Under the pieces are notes generated by a model. That model was given only the letters and a program-made list of their open reading frames with translations, made no database searches and was not told the DNA's origin. Positions 19,270-26,821 of a stretch of 64,000 bases of DNA are shown here, one piece after another. Position numbers and translations under genes: made by a program. Positions within the stretch are counted from its first letter, which is position 1, and every line of letters begins with the position of its first letter. Where the stretch lies: positions 50,633-114,632 of the forward strand of contig JBBROH010000001.1 in NCBI GenBank assembly GCA_038229595.1. The letters are read 5' to 3'. This DNA is from Chloroflexia bacterium (GTDB taxonomy: Bacteria; Chloroflexota; Chloroflexia; QHBQ01).

Positions 19270-19662
19270 TCAACCAGGCTGGCCGCCCAGTTCGCGCTCG
19301 CGGATCGACTTCATGCGGAGAGCGAGGCCGCGCCGATCAATCGGCATTGGCTCGTCGCCCGGCTCTGGCGCACCCAGGTTCTGGCGCGTCTCCGCCGTCT
19401 CGCCATACTGCTCGGCGATCTCGTAGGCCAGTAGAAAGAGGCGGTCGTATTCTTCGGGGCTGGTGTTCAGGCGGGCGATGTGCAACTCCTTGTACGCGCC
19501 CAGGTTGCCCGGCGGTCGGCTGAAGCTGAGACCGGTGATCTCGCTGATGTTCTGCATCATCTCCTCGGCCATGCCCCCTGCCATCGGCTCAAATGCCACC
19601 TCCAGCGTCATCAGCCTGCCCATTTGCACCTTCGTCACTCGGATCGGTGCGTTCATCGCCAT
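19270..19662 (-). CDS. hypothetical protein
   Basis: 130-aa ORF with coding-like composition. No recognisable motif. Confidence 0.5.
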   Translation of the reverse strand: MAMNAPIRVTKVQMGRLMTLEVAFEPMAGGMAEEMMQNISEITGLSFSRPPGNLGAYKELHIARLNTSPEEYDRLFLLAYEIAEQYGETAETRQNLGAPEPGDEPMPIDRRGLALRMKSIRERELGGQPG

Positions 19663-19753
19663 CGTTCGCTCCCCCTTTCGCCCTGTGTCGGCCTATTATA
19701 ACAACTTGGGGCTGCCTTCGGCAAAAAGGCGTAGGCGAAACTAGCGCAAGGGC

Positions 19754-19782
19754 TTGCAAAAGTGGGCATAGTTTGTTATAAT
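19754..19782 (+). promoter_or_regulatory. promoter of tRNA-Ala
   Basis: TTGCAA (19754-19759), 17 nt spacer, TATAAT (19777-19782). The tRNA starts 12 nt downstream. Confidence 0.7.
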
Positions 19783-19793
19783 GGCTCGGCAAC

Positions 19794-19869
19794 GGGGACT
19801 TAGCTCAGTTGGGAGAGCGCAACACTGGCAGTGTTGAGGTCAGGGGTTCGAGCCCCCTAGTCTCCACCA
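19794..19869 (+). tRNA. tRNA-Ala (anticodon GGC)
   Basis: GGGGACTTAGCTCAGTTGGGAGAGCGCAACACTGGCAGTGTTGAGGTCAGGGGTTCGAGCCCCCTAGTCTCCACCA. Has the G3:U70 identity pair. Anticodon loop is CTGGCAG. CCA is encoded. Confidence 0.95.
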
Positions 19870-19875
19870 TCTTTT

Positions 19876-19901
19876 ACGCATCCGCAGGGGTGCGTTTTCT
19901 T
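19876..19901 (+). terminator. intrinsic terminator after tRNA-Ala
   Basis: ACGCA..TGCGT stem followed by TTTTCTT. Confidence 0.6.
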
Positions 19902-19918
19902 CGATAGCAGGCATCGAA

Positions 19919-20195
19919 CAGGAGTAGTAGGCCGTTCCCCACCCAGAGAGTCGGCGGCTGGTGCAAGCTGACAGGGGGGCCGTGAGGTAGGCCGAACTCG
20001 CCTGGGAGCCGCAGCGGTGAGAGCAATCGTAGCCGCAGCCGAAGTTGCGCCCGTTAACGCGCCCTCAAGCGGACGTTTCGCCCGGCAACCGGCCAGGGCT
20101 GATGCGTCAACCAGGGTGGTACCGACGGAGAGCGCATAGCCCTTCGCCCCTGACTCCAGATGTGGAGTTGTGGGTGGAGGGCTGTTTGTTTTGGG
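19919..20195 (+). promoter_or_regulatory. T-box riboswitch leader, leucine specific (CUC specifier), with terminator/antiterminator
   Basis: Stem I: CAGG 19919-22 pairs with CCTG 20001-04, and GGCC 19930-33 with GGCC 19990-93. S-turn AGTAGTA sits opposite GAA-CTC-G (specifier CTC at 19997-19999). AG box AGAGA 19945-49. Distal hairpin with loop GGCTGGTGCAA. F-box CCGTTA 20051-56. T-box GGGTGGTACCG 20114-24 (TGGT can pair with ACCA). A 12-bp terminator stem, 20138-49 with 20172-83, is followed by GTTTGTTTTG. Confidence 0.75.
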
Positions 20196-20271
20196 CTGGC
20201 AAGGGTAGTGTAACCAGTGATTGTCTGTTTGCGTAGATGCAGTAGACCGCTTTGCAGGAGGATTGAGCGTG

Positions 20272-20412
20272 ATGAGCGACGAGGCAAAGGACGAGGCGAC
20301 GGCCATGCGTCCCCAGACGATGGCCCTGGTCTGCCCAGCTTGCCGCTACACGGAGTTGCGGACTTTGAACCCGGAGCGGCTGTATCTCTTAAGTAGCGAG
20401 GAAGCAAGATGA
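20272..20412 (+). CDS. zinc-ribbon array member 0: truncated, single-knuckle paralog
   Basis: AGGAGG lies 7-10 nt upstream. The 46-aa product ends ...LVCPACRYTELRTLNPERL. This aligns with the C-terminal knuckle of the paralogs (VCxxCGYxxLYAxxPxxL) with G replaced by R. No first CxxC. Stop overlaps the next start (ATGA). Confidence 0.45.
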   Translation: MSDEAKDEATAMRPQTMALVCPACRYTELRTLNPERLYLLSSEEAR

Positions 20413-20996
20413 GCAACCAGGATGAACAGGACGAGTACCGCCCTATCGAGGCACCGATGCCGCCGCTGCCACCCGAAGGTAGCAGGCAACAACCAACAGG
20501 CTACGCTGGCCCAGCCTTGCCGCCGTTGCCAGCCCAACCCGCTCGTCCACTCTCGGCTGAGGAAGCAGCGATTGTGGGTCGCTACCAGGCACAAGGAAAG
20601 AAGCTGCTGACGATAGAGGAACTTAGCCGCCAGGCCGCCATTGCTTCCGAGGAAGCCCGCCGGGAGTTGCGGGCAGCCGAGTCGTTCGTGCTGTCAGCCA
20701 CGCCGCCAGCAAGTACACTGCCCCCACCGCTCGCCCCAGTCGTCCCGCTACCCACTCCTGGACCAGCCCGCCGCAGCCAGCGCGACTGTTCGCAGTGTAG
20801 CGGCCCAACCAACCGCGCCAACCTCAACTATGGCAGCCGTACCGTTGGCTACGAAATGGAGTTGACCCCAGTAGACCAAAGCCTCTTTGACTCGCGGCTG
20901 GCGCGGGTGCAGGTTTACGTCTGCGAAGATTGCGGCTACGTTGACCTCTACGCTACCAGCCCAAAGAGCCTGCGGCCCAAGCCGAAGCGGAGGTAA
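20409..20996 (+). CDS. zinc-ribbon array member 1 (long P/A-rich N-terminal extension)
   Basis: N-terminal PMPPLPPE motif, about 135 aa of low-complexity sequence, then CSQC...YVCEDCGYVDLYATSPKSL. Confidence 0.7.
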   Translation: MSNQDEQDEYRPIEAPMPPLPPEGSRQQPTGYAGPALPPLPAQPARPLSAEEAAIVGRYQAQGKKLLTIEELSRQAAIASEEARRELRAAESFVLSATPPASTLPPPLAPVVPLPTPGPARRSQRDCSQCSGPTNRANLNYGSRTVGYEMELTPVDQSLFDSRLARVQVYVCEDCGYVDLYATSPKSLRPKPKRR

Positions 20997-21000
20997 AGTG

Positions 21001-21333
21001 ATGAGCGACAACCCGAAGTACGATCCCGACAACCCGCCGATGCCCGACCTGCCGCCAGAGGACGAGCTTGGTCAGCAGCAGGGTGGCAACTTCTACGAGC
21101 AGATGAACCGAAGGCTGGCAGAACACCGCCCCCGCACTCAACCGGGCGTGCGGCAAGGTGGCTGCTTCGAGTGTGGTGGCCGCATGGTAGAGGGCAAGAT
21201 GAGCAGCTACACTACAGTGCGGGTAGCGGATGGCAACCCCTTCTTCAGTCGTACTTCGGCGGTCAAGGCGTTGGTCTGCACCCGCTGCGGCTTCATCAAG
21301 CTGTACGCGACTGATCCCAGCGTGGTAGAGTGA
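21001..21333 (+). CDS. zinc-ribbon array member 2
   Basis: GGAGG lies 7 nt upstream. MSDNPKYDPDNPPMPDLPPE..., then CFECGG...LVCTRCGFIKLYATDP. Confidence 0.75.
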   Translation: MSDNPKYDPDNPPMPDLPPEDELGQQQGGNFYEQMNRRLAEHRPRTQPGVRQGGCFECGGRMVEGKMSSYTTVRVADGNPFFSRTSAVKALVCTRCGFIKLYATDPSVVE

Positions 21334-21355
21334 GTATCACAAGGAGGCAACCAGG

Positions 21356-21760
21356 ATGAGCAACCGCAACTTCGACCCGAACAACCCCTACTCTGCGCCA
21401 ATGCCGCCGCTGCCAGGCGAAGCGGGCTACAACCAGGCGGGGCCGGACTACAACAACGATGACCTGATCCGTCAGCTAACCCGCAGCAGCACTTCCCCCT
21501 ATGACGTGCAGTCGCAGCCAGCGCAACCCGCCTATGCCGCGCCGCAGCCAGTCCACACGGCAAGTGGCTGTCCAGAGTGCGGTGGCAATATGCTTATCGC
21601 TAACACCCACAGCAACAGTGAGTATCAATTCTACTTCACGCCGCCCGACAAAGGCTTCTTCGACTTCCGCCGCTCCGAGGTGCGGGTGCTGGTCTGCGAG
21701 AACTGTGGCTTTACCAAGTTCTATGCCCTCAGCCCCAGCGAGTTGCGCCCTAAGGAGTAG
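21356..21760 (+). CDS. zinc-ribbon array member 3
   Basis: AAGGAGG upstream. MSNRNFDPNNPYSAPMPPLPGE..., then CPECGG...LVCENCGFTKFYALSP. Confidence 0.75.
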   Translation: MSNRNFDPNNPYSAPMPPLPGEAGYNQAGPDYNNDDLIRQLTRSSTSPYDVQSQPAQPAYAAPQPVHTASGCPECGGNMLIANTHSNSEYQFYFTPPDKGFFDFRRSEVRVLVCENCGFTKFYALSPSELRPKE

Positions 21761-21763
21761 CGG

Positions 21764-22066
21764 ATGAATGATAACCCGAAGTTCGACCCCGACGACGCGG
21801 CCATGCCGCCGCTGCCACTGGAGCAGCCGAGCTTGCTGTCACGTTCGCGCCGCTGCCCTGATTGTAGTGGGGAGATGGTACCTACTCGGCTAGAGGCGGG
21901 AATCGCGGCTGACGGGGTTTACATCGTTCCTAGTGCAGTCGAGCCTTAGGCCAGGCTGGATCGCTACCAGAGTTCCAGCCACTCAACTACCTGCGTAAAC
22001 TGCGGCTACACCAAAGTTTACGCCCGCCGACCTGACCTGATCAAACAGTTCTTTGAAGAAAGGTAA
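21764..22066 (+). pseudogene. zinc-ribbon array member 4, interrupted by an in-frame TAG at 21947-21949
   Basis: MNDNPKFDPDDAAMPPLPLE...CPDCSG...SAVEP[TAG]ARLDRYQSSSHSTTCVNCGYTKVYARRPDLIKQFFEER. Both halves are in the same frame, and the second knuckle lies after the stop. Confidence 0.6.
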
Positions 22067-22071
22067 GTGTG

Positions 22072-22299
22072 ATGAACGAGCAACTGAAGCAAGAACCGAA
22101 GGCGATGGCCTGCCCCAAGTGCGCGGGCAATATGATCGAGCGCGGCTTTATTGACCCTAACAAGGCGGTCTTCAGTCCTGCGCCCGACAAGCTGCAATGG
22201 ACACAGGCACGCACTTCGCCCGCGAAAGCGATGGTTTGCGACCAGTGTGGCTACGCTGAAGTCTACGCCACCCAGCCGGAGAAGCTGCGCGAAAGCTGA
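22072..22299 (+). CDS. zinc-ribbon array member 5 (short form)
   Basis: MNEQLKQEPKAMACPKCAGNMIERGF...MVCDQCGYAEVYATQPEKL. Resembles the minimal DUF2082/Zn-ribbon_13-type proteins as I recall them. Confidence 0.75.
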   Translation: MNEQLKQEPKAMACPKCAGNMIERGFIDPNKAVFSPAPDKLQWTQARTSPAKAMVCDQCGYAEVYATQPEKLRES

Positions 22300-22344
22300 G
22301 CAGGATTGCCGCTGCCAGACCGGGCAGCAGGAAGGATCACCTTG

Positions 22345-23145
22345 ATGAATGCTGACCAGCCGAAACAAGAGGCAAAAGCCACCGCCTGCCCTAAGTGCGG
22401 GGGCGGTATGCTTGAGTGCGGGATCGAGACCAGCAATGCAGTGCAACTGGCTGGCAGCCTGGGGGTGACGCTGGTGCCGCTGGGCAGAGGCATCTTCAAC
22501 AGGCAGCGGTCTGGCATACTTGCGCTGATGTGCGAGCGATGTGGCTACGTTGAGTTGTATGGCGACCCCAGGCAGATCAAGCCGGGTTTAGCGATAGTGA
22601 GGAGCAGAGATGAGAGACAAATACATACCGCAAGATATCGAACCACAGTGGCAGGCGCGTTGGGCCGAACAGCGTATCTACAACGTACCCCAGCCAGCGG
22701 CGGGCGGCCAAGAGGAGCGGAAGTTCTATGTGGCCTCGATGCTGCCCTACCCCAGCGGCGACTTGCACATGGGCCATATGCGGAACTACACTATCGGCGA
22801 TGTAGTGGTCCGCTACCACAGGATGAAGGGGGAGCGGGTGCTGTCGCCGATGGGCTGGGACGCGTTCGGGCTGCCCGCCGAGAACGCTGCGATCAAGGAT
22901 GGCATCCACCCTGCCACCCGCACGCCGAACAACGTGGCCGCGATGAAGCAGCAGTTCGCCAAGATGGGCGCGATGTTCGACTGGGAGCGCGAGGTCAACA
23001 CCTCCAGCCCCGAATACTACCGTTGGACGCAGTGGCTCTTTCTCAAGCTGTATGCGATGGGGCTGGCCTATCGCGGCAAAGGGCTAGTCAACTGGTGTCC
23101 GAAAGACGCGACTGTGCTGGCAAACGAGCAGGTAGTGGAGGGTAA
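22345..23145 (+). CDS. zinc-ribbon array member 6 (short form) with no nearby stop; ORF runs out of frame into leuS
   Basis: [22 protein letters not shown]...[21 protein letters not shown]. Paralog homology ends near 22590. The frame then stays open to 23145 across the leuS start (22610). The functional end is uncertain. Confidence 0.5.
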   Translation: MNADQPKQEAKATACPKCGGGMLECGIETSNAVQLAGSLGVTLVPLGRGIFNRQRSGILALMCERCGYVELYGDPRQIKPGLAIVRSRDERQIHTARYRTTVAGALGRTAYLQRTPASGGRPRGAEVLCGLDAALPQRRLAHGPYAELHYRRCSGPLPQDEGGAGAVADGLGRVRAARRERCDQGWHPPCHPHAEQRGRDEAAVRQDGRDVRLGARGQHLQPRILPLDAVALSQAVCDGAGLSRQRASQLVSERRDCAGKRAGSGG

Positions 23146-25081
23146 GTGCGAACGCTGCGGCACCGTAGTGGTGCGCCGCAACCTGGAGCAGTGGTTCTTC
23201 AAAACGACAGCCTACGCCCAACGGATGCTCGACGACCTTGACGGTCTAGACGGCTGGCCGGAGCGTGTCCGCACCATGCAGCGCAACTGGATTGGTCGCA
23301 GCGAGGGTGCCGAGGTAGACTTTGCCATCGCTGGCAGTGAGGGCAAGTTCACCGTCTTCACCACCCGGCCCGACACGTTGTGGGGGGCAACCTTCATGGT
23401 GCTGGCCCCCGAACACGCCCTGGTAGAGACGATCACCGCCCCAGAGCGGCAGGCCGAGGTTGCCGCCTACAAGGAGCAGGCCAGCAAGCAGAGCGAGATT
23501 GAGCGGCTGGCGACTGACAAGGAGAAGACGGGGGTCTTTACTGGTGCCTACGCGATCAACCCGGTCAATGGCGCACAGGTGCCAATCTGGATCGCCGACT
23601 ACGTGCTGACCACCTACGGCACGGGCGCGATCATGGCCGTGCCTGCCCACGATGAGCGTGACTTCGAGTTTGCCCGCAAGTTCGGCCTGCCGATCAAGCT
23701 GGTCTACAACACCGAGCCGCCGCAAGATGCTACTACCATGCCCTCTGCTATCCTGCACACTGGCGTGGCGGTGGCGGCTGGCCCCTTCACCGGGCTGCCC
23801 GACGCAGCAGAGACAGTCAGCAAGGTGATCGCCTGGCTGGAAGCGCAGGGGTTCGGCAGGGGTAAGGTTAACTTCCGCCTGCGCGACTGGCTGATCAGCC
23901 GCCAACGCTACTGGGGTGCGCCAATCCCCATCGTCTACTGCGACCACTGTGGGATGCAGCCGCTGCCGCTCAACCAACTGCCGGTCGTGCTACCCCTGGA
24001 TGTGGCGTTCAAGCCGGGCGGCGAGTCGCCCCTCGCCCGCGTCGAGTCGTTCGTCAACACCACCTGCCCGGCCTGCGACGGCCCCGCCCGCCGCGAGACC
24101 GATACGATGGACACCTTCGTGGATAGCTCCTGGTACTTCATGCGCTACTGCGACCCGCAGAACATTGAACTGCCCTTTGACAAGGCGATGGTAGATTACT
24201 GGATGCCGCTGGATCAGTACATTGGTGGGGTCGAACACGCGATCCTGCACCTGATGTATGCCCGCTTCTTCACCAAAGCCCTCTACGACGCAGGTATGAT
24301 CAGCATTAGCGAGCCGTTCACTAAGCTCTTTACCCAGGGCATGGTCTACCTCAACGGGGCGAAGATGAGCAAGAGCAAGGGTAATGTGGTGCCGGTAGAT
24401 GACTTTGTGGCGCGCTTGGGGGCAGACGCGGGGCGCATCTACGTGCTGTTCATGGCCCCACCGACCGACGATAGTGAGTGGAGCGACGCGGGCGCAATCG
24501 GGGCTTCACGCTTCCTGGGTCGTGTCTGGCACCTGCTCGACGAGGGGATCGACCTGCACGCCGCCCGCCCAGCCGCTGCCGACCTGGACAAGGCCGCCCG
24601 CGAGATCGTCGGCCATGCCAACCGCCTGGTAGAACGAGTAGGCAGCGATATCGAACGCTTCCACCACAACACCATCATCAGCGCGTACATGGATTTTGTC
24701 AACAAACTGAGCGATTACCGCGAGCAGCAGGGGCAGACCGCCGCCTTCAACGAGGCCGCTCGCCTGTTCCTGCTGGTTCTCGCCCCCGCCGCCCCACATA
24801 TCGCTGAGGAAATCTGGCAGCGGTTGGGTGGCAAGGGCAGCATCCACCTGCAAGCCTGGCCCAGCGTCGACTCCGCCTTCCTGCAAGCCGAGGAGATGAC
24901 CATTGTGGTGCAGGTCAATGGCAAGCTACGCGACCGCCTGACCCTGCCTGCGGGCATGGACGAGGCAGCAGTAAAGGAAGCAGCCCTGGCCGCCGACAAA
25001 GTGGCCGCCACCCTCAACGGCAGGCAGCCCACCAGCGTCCTCTACGTCCCTGGTAGGCTGGTCAATGTGGTGGTCAAGTAG
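22610..25081 (+). CDS. leuS: leucine--tRNA ligase
   Basis: [15 protein letters not shown]-terminus. HMGH (HIGH-type) motif. CP1 zinc knuckles. KMSKS motif ([10 protein letters not shown]). 823 aa. GAGGAG RBS. Confidence 0.95.
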   Translation: MRDKYIPQDIEPQWQARWAEQRIYNVPQPAAGGQEERKFYVASMLPYPSGDLHMGHMRNYTIGDVVVRYHRMKGERVLSPMGWDAFGLPAENAAIKDGIHPATRTPNNVAAMKQQFAKMGAMFDWEREVNTSSPEYYRWTQWLFLKLYAMGLAYRGKGLVNWCPKDATVLANEQVVEGKCERCGTVVVRRNLEQWFFKTTAYAQRMLDDLDGLDGWPERVRTMQRNWIGRSEGAEVDFAIAGSEGKFTVFTTRPDTLWGATFMVLAPEHALVETITAPERQAEVAAYKEQASKQSEIERLATDKEKTGVFTGAYAINPVNGAQVPIWIADYVLTTYGTGAIMAVPAHDERDFEFARKFGLPIKLVYNTEPPQDATTMPSAILHTGVAVAAGPFTGLPDAAETVSKVIAWLEAQGFGRGKVNFRLRDWLISRQRYWGAPIPIVYCDHCGMQPLPLNQLPVVLPLDVAFKPGGESPLARVESFVNTTCPACDGPARRETDTMDTFVDSSWYFMRYCDPQNIELPFDKAMVDYWMPLDQYIGGVEHAILHLMYARFFTKALYDAGMISISEPFTKLFTQGMVYLNGAKMSKSKGNVVPVDDFVARLGADAGRIYVLFMAPPTDDSEWSDAGAIGASRFLGRVWHLLDEGIDLHAARPAAADLDKAAREIVGHANRLVERVGSDIERFHHNTIISAYMDFVNKLSDYREQQGQTAAFNEAARLFLLVLAPAAPHIAEEIWQRLGGKGSIHLQAWPSVDSAFLQAEEMTIVVQVNGKLRDRLTLPAGMDEAAVKEAALAADKVAATLNGRQPTSVLYVPGRLVNVVVK

Positions 25082-25095
25082 AGGAGGTGGGGAGG

Positions 25096-25890
25096 ATGGA
25101 GCTAGAGGGGCTGATCGTGCAGGTGCAGGAGAGTGGCAAGTACCGGGCGGTCAGCCCTGAGCTTGTGCGCCAGCTTGCCGCGCAGGAGGCGGCGAAAGGG
25201 CGCAGCGTGAAGGAGACGGTGAAGGCGATCCGCAACCGCCTGCATCAGGTGGGCGGTGCCTACCTCGAAGCGGGTACTGACTACGACCGCTGGCTGGCGA
25301 GCTTGCAGGCAGCAGAGGGGCGGGCCAGCTTGCTGGCAGCCTGCCGGGAGGTGCTGCGCCACCACGCCTCGACCCGCGAACGCCTGCCGATCCTCGACCA
25401 GTTCTACGCCACCGTGCTGGCTGGCCTACCGCCGCTACGCTCGGTGCTAGACGTGGCTTGCGGCCTCAACCCGCTGACGATCCCCTGGTTGCCGCTGGCT
25501 GCCGACGCACTCTACTACGCCTGCGACATCTACGCCGACATGGTGGCCTTCCTCAACGCTAGCTTCCCGCTGCTCGGCGTGCAGGGAGCCGCCAGCCAGT
25601 GCGACCTGACCCAGACGATCCCCACTACCGAAGCGGACATTGCCTTCATCCTCAAGACGATCCCCTGCCTTGAGCAGGTGGACAAGGCGGCGGGCCGCAG
25701 GCTGCTGGATGGCCTGCGCGCCCGCTGGCTGCTCGTCTCCTTCCCCACCCGCAGCCTGGGCGGGAGGAGCAAGGGCATGGGCGCGAGCTACGAGGCACAC
25801 TTCAACGCCCTGGTTGCTGGGCGCGGCTGGCAGGTCGCTCGCTTTGAGGTCCCCGGCGAACTCGCCTTCCTGGTAGACAAGCAGCCCTGA
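25096..25890 (+). CDS. 16S rRNA (guanine1405-N7) methyltransferase family protein (Rmt/ArmA/FmrO-like)
   Basis: Aligns by eye with the RmtB sequence as I recall it: GKYRAVSPELVR, HASTRERLP, LDVACGLNPL, ILKTIPCLE, VSFPTRSLGGRSKGM. Confidence 0.85.
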   Translation: MELEGLIVQVQESGKYRAVSPELVRQLAAQEAAKGRSVKETVKAIRNRLHQVGGAYLEAGTDYDRWLASLQAAEGRASLLAACREVLRHHASTRERLPILDQFYATVLAGLPPLRSVLDVACGLNPLTIPWLPLAADALYYACDIYADMVAFLNASFPLLGVQGAASQCDLTQTIPTTEADIAFILKTIPCLEQVDKAAGRRLLDGLRARWLLVSFPTRSLGGRSKGMGASYEAHFNALVAGRGWQVARFEVPGELAFLVDKQP

Positions 25891-25891
25891 G

Positions 25892-26596
25892 CTAGCTGCC
25901 GCAAGGTCGGTGGATAGTCAGGCCGGGGTACTCCTGTAGCAACTGCTCCTCGCTCTGGAACCAGCGCAGGTTGTCGGCCTTGATGCTGTGCCAGCCGGGG
26001 TCGTCGGCACAGTAGTAGTATTTGCGTGACTTGCTGCTAACCACGTAGCGACCAGGGGCCGCGGTCGGCACGGTGGTTTCGGTCGCCAGCGGTTTAGGCG
26101 TGCGGGTGGCGGTTGCGCTGCTGGTCGGCCTGGGTGTGCGGGTGGCGGTCGCGGTGCTGGTTGGCCTGGGTGTACGAGTGGCAGTCTCGGTGCTGGTCGG
26201 CCTGGGCGTGCGCGTAGGCTTGGCGGTGGCAGAGGGCTTTGGCGTAGAAGTGAGTTTAGCAGCGGGCGGCGGCCTGGTGGTACGGGTGGCCTTGGCCTGG
26301 GCTGGCTCGTTGCGGGCGGTCTGCTGCTCGCCGCTCTCCGTCGCTTCGTTGGTGGCGGCAGGCTGCTCTGCGCTGGTTGCCGTAGCAACGGCTGCTTCGT
26401 CCGTTGCTGGCCCAGGGTTGGGCGCAGTGGGGTTGTCTGGGGCAAAGGTGGGCAGCAGGAGGATCGGCTTGAGGTCGGGGCTGAGGGTGGGCGCAGCCGT
26501 CGCAGCGACCCCTGTTGGGCTGGGCATAACAGGCGCGGCCTGGTCGCAGGCAGTGAGCAACAAGAGGAGCATCAGGCAACCGAGGGTGCAGCGCAT
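25892..26596 (-). CDS. lipoprotein with T/P/R-rich repeats and a C-terminal Cys-containing domain
   Basis: Lipobox LLLLTAC. ATRTPRPTS repeats. C-terminus KYYYCADDPGW...NLRWFQSEEQ...PC. Confidence 0.7.
   Translation of the reverse strand: MRCTLGCLMLLLLLTACDQAAPVMPSPTGVAATAAPTLSPDLKPILLLPTFAPDNPTAPNPGPATDEAAVATATSAEQPAATNEATESGEQQTARNEPAQAKATRTTRPPPAAKLTSTPKPSATAKPTRTPRPTSTETATRTPRPTSTATATRTPRPTSSATATRTPKPLATETTVPTAAPGRYVVSSKSRKYYYCADDPGWHSIKADNLRWFQSEEQLLQEYPGLTIHRPCGS
26097..26204. repeat. 36-nt tandem coding repeat x3 (plus degenerate copies)
   Basis: Units at 26097-26132, 26133-26168 and 26169-26204 encode the TATRTPRPTS(T/S)A repeats. Confidence 0.85.
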
Positions 26597-26629
26597 TGTG
26601 GGCTAGTGACCTCCCGCTAGGATGGCCTG

Positions 26630-26659
26630 ATTGTACTACAAGTAGCGGTAAGGTGCAAG
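26630..26659 (-). promoter_or_regulatory. candidate promoter of the lipoprotein gene
   Basis: Minus strand: TTGCAC, 18 nt spacer, TACAAT. Confidence 0.45.
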
Positions 26660-26777
26660 CGGCTGGCATAGCAGGTTCAAGGCTGCGGCGGACGAAAGCA
26701 GTAAACGCCAGCGCGATCACCTGCTCGCAGTCGTGGTGCTGAAGCATGAAGCGCGCAAGTGGGTTTCGCAGCAAGAG

Positions 26778-26802
26778 GCCAGCATCCATGACGGATGCTG
26801 GC
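26778..26802 (-). terminator. perfect 10-bp hairpin downstream of the SLH gene
   Basis: GCCAGCATCC / GGATGCTGGC with a 5-nt loop. The U-tract is weak. Confidence 0.4.
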
Positions 26803-26821
26803 TCGCTCGCTGCTGCTAACT

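Noticed and set aside
19857-20416. Two overlapping minus-strand ORFs (149 and 120 aa) between tRNA-Ala and the array
   Set aside because: They overlap the tRNA gene and the T-box leader. The translations are low-complexity. The region is better explained as structured RNA.
22306-22344. ORF-track start at 22306 for array member 6
   Set aside because: The paralog alignment and the AGGAAGGA RBS support ATG 22345. The upstream extension has no counterpart in other members.
19794-22600. Idea that the Zn-ribbon array is a genomic island integrated at tRNA-Ala
   Set aside because: There is no integrase, no direct repeat of the tRNA 3' end downstream, and no compositional break visible by eye. The tRNA has its own terminator, and the array is bracketed by the T-box and leuS.
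23120-23170. Similarity between the LeuRS zinc knuckle (KCERCGTVV) and array member 6 ([10 protein letters not shown]) as evidence of common origin
   Set aside because: The match is only a five-residue CxxCG-type knuckle, which is expected by chance among zinc ribbons. There is no extended similarity.
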